Positions 58,372 to 64,000 of a stretch of 64,000 nt of DNA are shown here, piece by piece (the stretch's first letter is position 1; every line of letters starts with the position of its first letter). The notes below the pieces were generated by a model, which was given only the letters and a program-made list of their open reading frames with translations, was not told where the DNA came from and did no database searches. Position numbers and translations under genes: made by a program. The DNA is from Candidatus Hodarchaeota archaeon (GTDB lineage Archaea > Asgardarchaeota > Lokiarchaeia > Sigyniarchaeales > SOKP01): NCBI GenBank assembly GCA_048887225.1, contig JBHLJY010000002.1, positions 192,001-256,000 of the forward strand, written 5' to 3'.

Positions 58372-58866
58372 CTAACTTGAAATAAATTTTATAAGTTCTT
58401 TGATAATTGAATATTTTTCTTTACTGATGGTTGCTTTTTCTAATGCGGCTTCAATTTTATCCATGTCTTTAGAAAAATCAAATACAGAAAAGCTCTTAAT
58501 TTCTTGTTCCTGCTTAATTTCACTCAGTTTTTGAGCAAAAACTCTAATACTGGGCATGAATTGTGCTAAATTCAAACCTAAATTAACTTTTGAAATTATA
58601 ATTAATTCTTTACTAATTGTGAATAAGTAATTAAACTCTTCGGTCTCAAAAGCAAATGAGCTGATCTGATTTAAATCTAATTCTTTAGCAATTGCTTCTT
58701 TTTTACTAATTAATTCAAGTATCTTCTGTGGAATAACTTTTCCTTTTGTAAGTGTGTCTATATTTGAGGAAAGAATTATACCGTATCGATTAGCTATGGC
58801 ACAATCAGTTTTTAATTCGTTTTTAAGTTGAGAAACAACAGCTTCGTAATTTATTTTTACTGACAT
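58372..58866 (-). CDS. Roadblock/LC7-like (profilin-fold) protein with helical tail
   Basis: CAIANRYGIILSSNI, then a beta-hairpin region and closing helix (LNLAQFMPSIRVFAQKL); directly upstream of the GTPase gene. Confidence 0.65.
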   Translation of the reverse strand: MSVKINYEAVVSQLKNELKTDCAIANRYGIILSSNIDTLTKGKVIPQKILELISKKEAIAKELDLNQISSFAFETEEFNYLFTISKELIIISKVNLGLNLAQFMPSIRVFAQKLSEIKQEQEIKSFSVFDFSKDMDKIEAALEKATISKEKYSIIKELIKFISS

Positions 58867-58979
58867 ATCTAAAGTCGGTTTCTTATTCGTTTAATATCTT
58901 AATAAAAGAATATTTATTTATATTTTGTTAATATTTAATTATTCATACGATATTAACAACTTATTATTAAATCTTTAAT

Positions 58980-59768
58980 TTGAAACCATATAAATACCAT
59001 TTTAGTGAAAAGGAATCGGATATAACAATTATTTCAGAGTCGAAAAAAGCAATATTAAGAGCAAAAGAGGCGTTTTATTATCATCGAAAAATTTTAGAAG
59101 AATATGTGTTAAAAGAAACTCAATTTCTGAAATCCTTTACTCCTGTTAAGGTCAAAACCGATAAAGATATTATTAATTTAATGGCAGAAACAGCATTTTT
59201 ATGCGATGTTGGTCCTATGGCTACAGTGGCAGGAGCCTTGGCAGATTTGATGTTAGAAGTGATGAAAAACAAAAATAATTCTGATTTTATACATGCGAAA
59301 ATAGCTTTAGTCGAAAATGGTGGTGAAATAGCTATAGATTCAGTAAAACCTATGAAAATAGCTCTTTATGCTGGAAATAACGAATTAAATCTAAATGTTG
59401 GTTTTTTAATCGAAAAGAAGGATAATCCAATTGGCATTGGTACTAGTTCGGCTACTGTTGGACATGCTATAAGTTTAGGTGAAGCTGATGCCGTTACCAT
59501 CTTTGCTGATAATGCTACTTTAGCAGATGGGGCCGCTACGGCAATAGCAAATTTAGTAAAAGGAAATGATATAGAAAAATCTATTAAAAAAGGATTAGAT
59601 GCTGTTGATGATATTGAGGGTGTAAGAGGCGCTTTTATTAGCCGTGAGAATAATGTCGGCCAAGTGGGAAAAATCCCTAAACTAATCAAGATTGAAGGAG
59701 AAAAAAATAAAATTTTAAAAGAGAAATTTGAAAATCTATTTCCTGGAGATTACCAAATTTTTAAATGA
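58980..59768 (+). CDS. UPF0280 / ApbE-like protein
   Basis: VGPMATVAGALAD, VENGGEI, GTSSATVGHAISLGEADAV, LADGAATAIAN. Confidence 0.9.
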   Translation: MKPYKYHFSEKESDITIISESKKAILRAKEAFYYHRKILEEYVLKETQFLKSFTPVKVKTDKDIINLMAETAFLCDVGPMATVAGALADLMLEVMKNKNNSDFIHAKIALVENGGEIAIDSVKPMKIALYAGNNELNLNVGFLIEKKDNPIGIGTSSATVGHAISLGEADAVTIFADNATLADGAATAIANLVKGNDIEKSIKKGLDAVDDIEGVRGAFISRENNVGQVGKIPKLIKIEGEKNKILKEKFENLFPGDYQIFK

Positions 59769-62046
59769 CCCAATAGTATGCGTTATCCGTTCCGTCTCTG
59801 CTTTTGGCTGAATATATTCTGTTCAAATATTCAAGTTCATAATATTCCTCCTGATCTTCTTCGGATACATATCCATAAGTATCCCATTCTTTATTGTAAT
59901 AATATTGATCATCCAATGTTATAACGACATCTGTCTCATGCTCTTCCTTTAGCTCTTGCAATTTATTCTCATCGTCATCGATATGCTCATCCGGTTGAAA
60001 TAAATCATTGTCCTTAGTATCTTCAAAGTGATGAGTGTCCCAACCTTCGATATTTTGGTCTTTTTCGTTGTAAGGATAATCGTAATACATAAACATGTAA
60101 TAGAATCCAAATTCAGTAATTATTACATTTTTATCTGAAGTATGTTCTGAATACCATTTAGCTCCGCCTACCTGACGATTTGTTAAGCTAACATATGGAA
60201 CAATCTCATATTCATGAAAATATGTTGTACACAAAGAAAATCCAATCAGGAAGATTATAAAGAATTTTACTCGTTTTTTACTCATCGATTTAGCTTTTAT
60301 CAGTTTATAAATGTATGAGATAAATCCAATTACTACGAGCGGTGGGGTCATAAAAAAGATTCTTGCCCAATATTTACGATTAATTGTAAGTGTATCAATA
60401 ATGAAGACTGCAACAAAAAAAAATCCAAAAAATATTGCCCATATTATCATAAGCTTTCCTCTTGGCTTCTTTTGGAATAATATTATCCCCCATATGGCAA
60501 ATGCTACAAATATCATGATTTCTATACCTGTTAATATAGAAGTAATGGGTAATTTAAACACGAGTAAATTTCCTATATAATAAAAAACTGCTATTATCGT
60601 AATAATGCTTAAGGAAAGTGGTAATATTAATTTATCTTCGATTTTTTTATAATAGCTAAATTCTTCTCCTCTTACGGTTTTTGTAAACCTTCCAGTTGTA
60701 AAAAGCATTGAATTTTGTAGTCTCCAAACAAGAATTACTCCCGCTACTCCAATACCTATAGTTGCAAGAAGAAATGCAAGAGAAAATGATGAGAAATCCA
60801 TTCGTTCGAAAAAATAAAAATGTTCAGCACTTAATCCGAAATATAGAAAAAGAATAAATATCCCAAATAAACAACATAGTAATAGAAAATCGAAACCCCT
60901 TCTGTAATCTTTAATAAAGTAGATCAGGAATATCCACATAAAGCAGAGTAATAAAACAATAGATGTAAGTACATGCGTGAGAATAGCACTAATAAAAAGG
61001 ATCGTTATTATTAAATAAAAAAAAGGCATTTCTGAAAACACTGATTTTTTGGTTGGTCTCTCAATTTGAATAAAATTTTGTAATCTTACATAAAGAAGAA
61101 AGAAAATAGTTAAGGTTTTAATGAGTACTAAATGAGCTGGCCAATATTGATACATCATATAAGCAAAACCTAAACCAGAAAATTCTAAAATAAATACTCC
61201 AAAAAAAGCTAGATTTTGATTTTTAAATATTCTCATAAGAATATTGTAAAAAACTAAAGCTGATAATGGAATGGTATAAAAAACAAAGAATTTAGGGATA
61301 TGGATAAAATCGACACCAGAAAAGAAATGAATAACAGCTCCAAATATAGGTAATCCTACAGATCCATAATATTCCTCAATAGGTAAATAGTTCATTTTAA
61401 CTATTTGTTTGCTAATAAAGATATGTAACCATGCATCAGTTCCAAAGAAATATTCAAATCTTACAACATTAAAAACACAAATTAAAATTAAGAAAATTAT
61501 TAGTAAGAATCCATTTGAAGGAATTAATTTTTTAAGGTATTTAATAAAAGAAAAGTATTCATAATTTCTTTTACCAGAGAATTTATTAGATTTAAAGAAA
61601 TTATATGAACCAATTCTAATATCCTTAATTAATATATAGGTAATTATCGAAATGTAAGATATAGATAAAGAAACGAAAAAATAGAATGCTGTTATCTGAA
61701 AAGAAAATACAAATCCAATATATCCAGTAAGTATATAAAAAGACAAATTAACAACTATCGTTAAACTTAATTTTTCAAGAAAATTAAAACCCTTTCTATT
61801 AAAGATTATAAAAAAGCAAGGATATGAGGGTAGGAATGTAATAATGAATATTGTACTAAAGAGAAAGGCTAGAAACAATAATAATCCTAAAACTGAATTA
61901 GCAGGAATTCCCAAAATAACATCAATTTTAATAATTTTTAAAAAAACTAAAAAAAGGGAATTTATAGAAATTAGAAAAATAATTGCGTGAATTCTTTCTT
62001 TTGTTTCAAACAAAAATTTGTTAAAATTTATTTTAAATTTACCCAT
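59761..62046 (-). CDS. Polytopic membrane protein (GT-C-like, glycosylation locus)
   Basis: Many TM segments, GTDAWLH loop after the early TMs, soluble C-terminal domain; next to an epimerase. Confidence 0.65.
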   Translation of the reverse strand: MGKFKINFNKFLFETKERIHAIIFLISINSLFLVFLKIIKIDVILGIPANSVLGLLLFLAFLFSTIFIITFLPSYPCFFIIFNRKGFNFLEKLSLTIVVNLSFYILTGYIGFVFSFQITAFYFFVSLSISYISIITYILIKDIRIGSYNFFKSNKFSGKRNYEYFSFIKYLKKLIPSNGFLLIIFLILICVFNVVRFEYFFGTDAWLHIFISKQIVKMNYLPIEEYYGSVGLPIFGAVIHFFSGVDFIHIPKFFVFYTIPLSALVFYNILMRIFKNQNLAFFGVFILEFSGLGFAYMMYQYWPAHLVLIKTLTIFFLLYVRLQNFIQIERPTKKSVFSEMPFFYLIITILFISAILTHVLTSIVLLLCFMWIFLIYFIKDYRRGFDFLLLCCLFGIFILFLYFGLSAEHFYFFERMDFSSFSLAFLLATIGIGVAGVILVWRLQNSMLFTTGRFTKTVRGEEFSYYKKIEDKLILPLSLSIITIIAVFYYIGNLLVFKLPITSILTGIEIMIFVAFAIWGIILFQKKPRGKLMIIWAIFFGFFFVAVFIIDTLTINRKYWARIFFMTPPLVVIGFISYIYKLIKAKSMSKKRVKFFIIFLIGFSLCTTYFHEYEIVPYVSLTNRQVGGAKWYSEHTSDKNVIITEFGFYYMFMYYDYPYNEKDQNIEGWDTHHFEDTKDNDLFQPDEHIDDDENKLQELKEEHETDVVITLDDQYYYNKEWDTYGYVSEEDQEEYYELEYLNRIYSAKSRDGTDNAYYWVI

Positions 62047-62051
62047 TTTAA

Positions 62052-63023
62052 TTAATTTATTTTTAAGTCTATATTATATTTGTTAACATACCACTTTAAA
62101 TAATCTCTAAGACCTTCCTCTTGTGTGTATAGCGCCTTGAAACCTAAAAGCTTTTTAGCCTTTGAAATGTCTCCAAAACTATGTTTAATATCTCCAGGTC
62201 TTGGATCTGTGTATTTTATCCCTAGATTTTCTTTACCTGTTAGTTTTAACATCAGTTTTGCAAGATCAGTTAGTTTTATAGGATTACCGCACGCAATATT
62301 TATAATTTCACCAGGAATATCATGTTCAGCAATCAATAAATTTCCCTGAATTACATCTTTAACATAAGTGAAATCTCTTGATTGTTCACCATCTCCATAT
62401 ATTATTAAATCTTCATTTCGAATAATTCTGCCTAACCAGATAGCAATTACACCACTATAAGGTGAATCTCTTTGTCGTGGACCATAAACATTAAAATATC
62501 GTATACATGTTGTGTTTAATCCGTAGACATGATGCCATACTTTTGCATATTGCTCACACGCTAATTTAGCGACTCCATAAGGAGAAATTGGCCATCTTCC
62601 CATTTCTTCATGTTTAGGTAAGGTTGGAGTATCACCATATACAGCAGAACTTGAAGCGAATATTACTTTATGGACATCCATCCTTAGAGCTGCGTTTAAA
62701 ACATTTAGTGTTCCATTTACATTAACATCATTGCAATTGTCGGGCATTTTAACTGATTGAGGTACACTTGTAAAAGCGGCTTCATGATAAACAATATCAA
62801 CTTCCTTAAAAAGGTCTAATAAGAAGTTTAAATCCCTCACGTCGCCTTTGTGAAACTTAAAATTACTATATTTCATGGCATCCTCAAGATTCACTAGTCT
62901 GCCATTAAAAAGATTATCTAAACCAATTACATCTGCTCCTAATTCAAGTAATTTGTCTGTTAAATTGCTTCCAATAAAACCAGCTGCTCCAGTAACCAGT
63001 ACTTTTTTTCCTTCAAAATTCAA
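62052..63023 (-). CDS. NAD-dependent nucleotide-sugar epimerase (extended SDR)
   Basis: TGAAGFIGS, ASSSAVYG, YGVAK, RYFNVYGPRQ, GDGEQSRDF. Confidence 0.93.
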   Translation of the reverse strand: MNFEGKKVLVTGAAGFIGSNLTDKLLELGADVIGLDNLFNGRLVNLEDAMKYSNFKFHKGDVRDLNFLLDLFKEVDIVYHEAAFTSVPQSVKMPDNCNDVNVNGTLNVLNAALRMDVHKVIFASSSAVYGDTPTLPKHEEMGRWPISPYGVAKLACEQYAKVWHHVYGLNTTCIRYFNVYGPRQRDSPYSGVIAIWLGRIIRNEDLIIYGDGEQSRDFTYVKDVIQGNLLIAEHDIPGEIINIACGNPIKLTDLAKLMLKLTGKENLGIKYTDPRPGDIKHSFGDISKAKKLLGFKALYTQEEGLRDYLKWYVNKYNIDLKIN

Positions 63024-63050
63024 AGATTATCCCTTAGAATTTTTTAGATT

Positions 63051-63110
63051 TAAAGATTATATAATAAAGTTAAAGATTATATAATAAATTTAAAGATTAT
63101 ATAATAAAGT
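63051..63110. repeat. 3 x 20-bp tandem repeat TAAAGATTATATAATAAA(G/T)T in a divergent promoter
   Basis: Units at 63051, 63071 and 63091; one mismatch in total. Confidence 0.9.
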
Positions 63111-63137
63111 GTACATCTAATAAAAATCGAGAGTTTT

Positions 63138-63788
63138 ATGCTTAAGCAAATAAAAGGGACACTACTTGGAGGTCATTTTTCTTATTATATCTCAAAAGAT
63201 AGAAAATATTTCGTTAAAATTTGTAAGGGAGATTTAGAATGGGTGATTAAGGAATACAAAAATTTAAAAAAATATTGGAATATATTAGGTATTAAAAATC
63301 TCCAGCTCGTAGAACCTGTCAATTATTCAGAAGAAAAAGAATACATTATTACTAAATTTGTAAAAGGAAAAAGACTTGTTGAATTGCTAGATCCTAGAAT
63401 TCATCATCGTTTTGGACAATTATTAAAAGAATTCCATAATAAAGGTTTTACCCACAGTCATATTGAATTAACTGATATTATTTATCGTAATGGAAACTTT
63501 ACTCTCGTAGATGTGCCTTTTTTTAATGAAAAAAGCTCCATTCATGATTTGGCCACGATCGAAATATGTTTTAAGACTTTTAGACTCAAACAACCTTGGA
63601 AGTGGTATAAATATAGCAAATGTTATAAAGAATTTTTGAATGGTTATCAATTGAAAGATTTTTCTGAATTAAAAAAGGAATCCGATAAATCCTTTAATAA
63701 TAGAATGAATTACATGATTAAGATTGGAAAGAGAAACAAAATTAAGGCTTATATTATGAAATTTTTTCATAAAATTGGATTGTTATAA
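63138..63788 (+). CDS. Kinase-like fold protein (APH/Kdo-type), catalytic loop atypical
   Basis: YFVK, KEY, ITKFVKG, LKEFH..GFTHSHIELTDI, LVDVP, HDLA. Confidence 0.6.
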   Translation: MLKQIKGTLLGGHFSYYISKDRKYFVKICKGDLEWVIKEYKNLKKYWNILGIKNLQLVEPVNYSEEKEYIITKFVKGKRLVELLDPRIHHRFGQLLKEFHNKGFTHSHIELTDIIYRNGNFTLVDVPFFNEKSSIHDLATIEICFKTFRLKQPWKWYKYSKCYKEFLNGYQLKDFSELKKESDKSFNNRMNYMIKIGKRNKIKAYIMKFFHKIGLL

Positions 63789-63809
63789 CTTATAAAAGAT
63801 TTCAATTAT

Positions 63810-63998
63810 CTATTTAACAAGTAAATATGTTTCTGTTTCAATTTTCCATCTCTCATTACCTCTGTTTACCCTCATAAAAGCATAACTTCGAATGGCATCC
63901 TCGGGAATCCCTGAAAATGGAATAATTTTTATCTGAGAATAACCCGATAATTTGGCAGGGCGCGCAATTGATTCATAATCATGTATAAATCTATGGCC
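63810..63998 (-). CDS. 3' end of a gene running off the window (possibly a SAM-dependent methyltransferase)
   Basis: Open frame GHRFIHDYESIARPAKLSGYSQIKII...YLLVK ending at TAG 63812-63810. Confidence 0.45.
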   Translation of the reverse strand, partial: GHRFIHDYESIARPAKLSGYSQIKIIPFSGIPEDAIRSYAFMRVNRGNERWKIETETYLLVK

Positions 63999-64000
63999 AT

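Noticed and set aside
63051-63110. CRISPR array
   Set aside because: Repeats are head-to-tail with no spacers, and there are no cas genes.
593-63650. About 35 short ORFs in the track that overlap longer genes (e.g. 2305-2691, 25861-26250, 48321-48680, 59366-59689)
   Set aside because: Antisense or alternate-frame shadows of well-supported genes, with no motifs of their own.

Overview
AT-rich, gene-dense archaeal chromosome segment. Gene content points to an Asgard archaeon, most likely Lokiarchaeia (inferred, not searched): eS30, NOG1 and GPN GTPases, TrmB/Lrp regulators, intron-containing tRNAs with BHB motifs, methanofuran enzymes and many eukaryotic-signature-type proteins. About 55 CDS and 2 tRNAs. 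No rRNA, CRISPR array, transposase or integrase seen. Features the ORF track misses or truncates: (1) selD is a selenoprotein (ATG 12394, in-frame TGA 12436-12438 in G-U-S-C-K) followed by a eukaryote-type AUGA/AA/GA SECIS hairpin; (2) tRNA-Tyr(GTA) has two introns (27/28 and 37/38) and tRNA-Trp(CCA) has one; (3) two GTPase genes apparently start at ATT and ATA, and the ATA start reveals a longin-Arf-like GTPase-polyproline fusion downstream of a roadblock gene; (4) a candidate ~140-nt structured ncRNA with its own TATA box and U-tract lies at 40178-40318; (5) a 58-aa membrane ORF. Also present: a UBA3/UBA2-like E1 and an E2 next to a protein with seven MIT-like repeats, a HEAT/coiled-coil/PCI-like/Ig protein, an IFT52/GIFT-like protein sharing a C-terminal helical hairpin with the longin-Arf protein, a Rab-like GTPase, an FG-GAP surface protein and a TrmB-linked sugar-catabolism cluster. 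All family calls come from motif recognition by eye.
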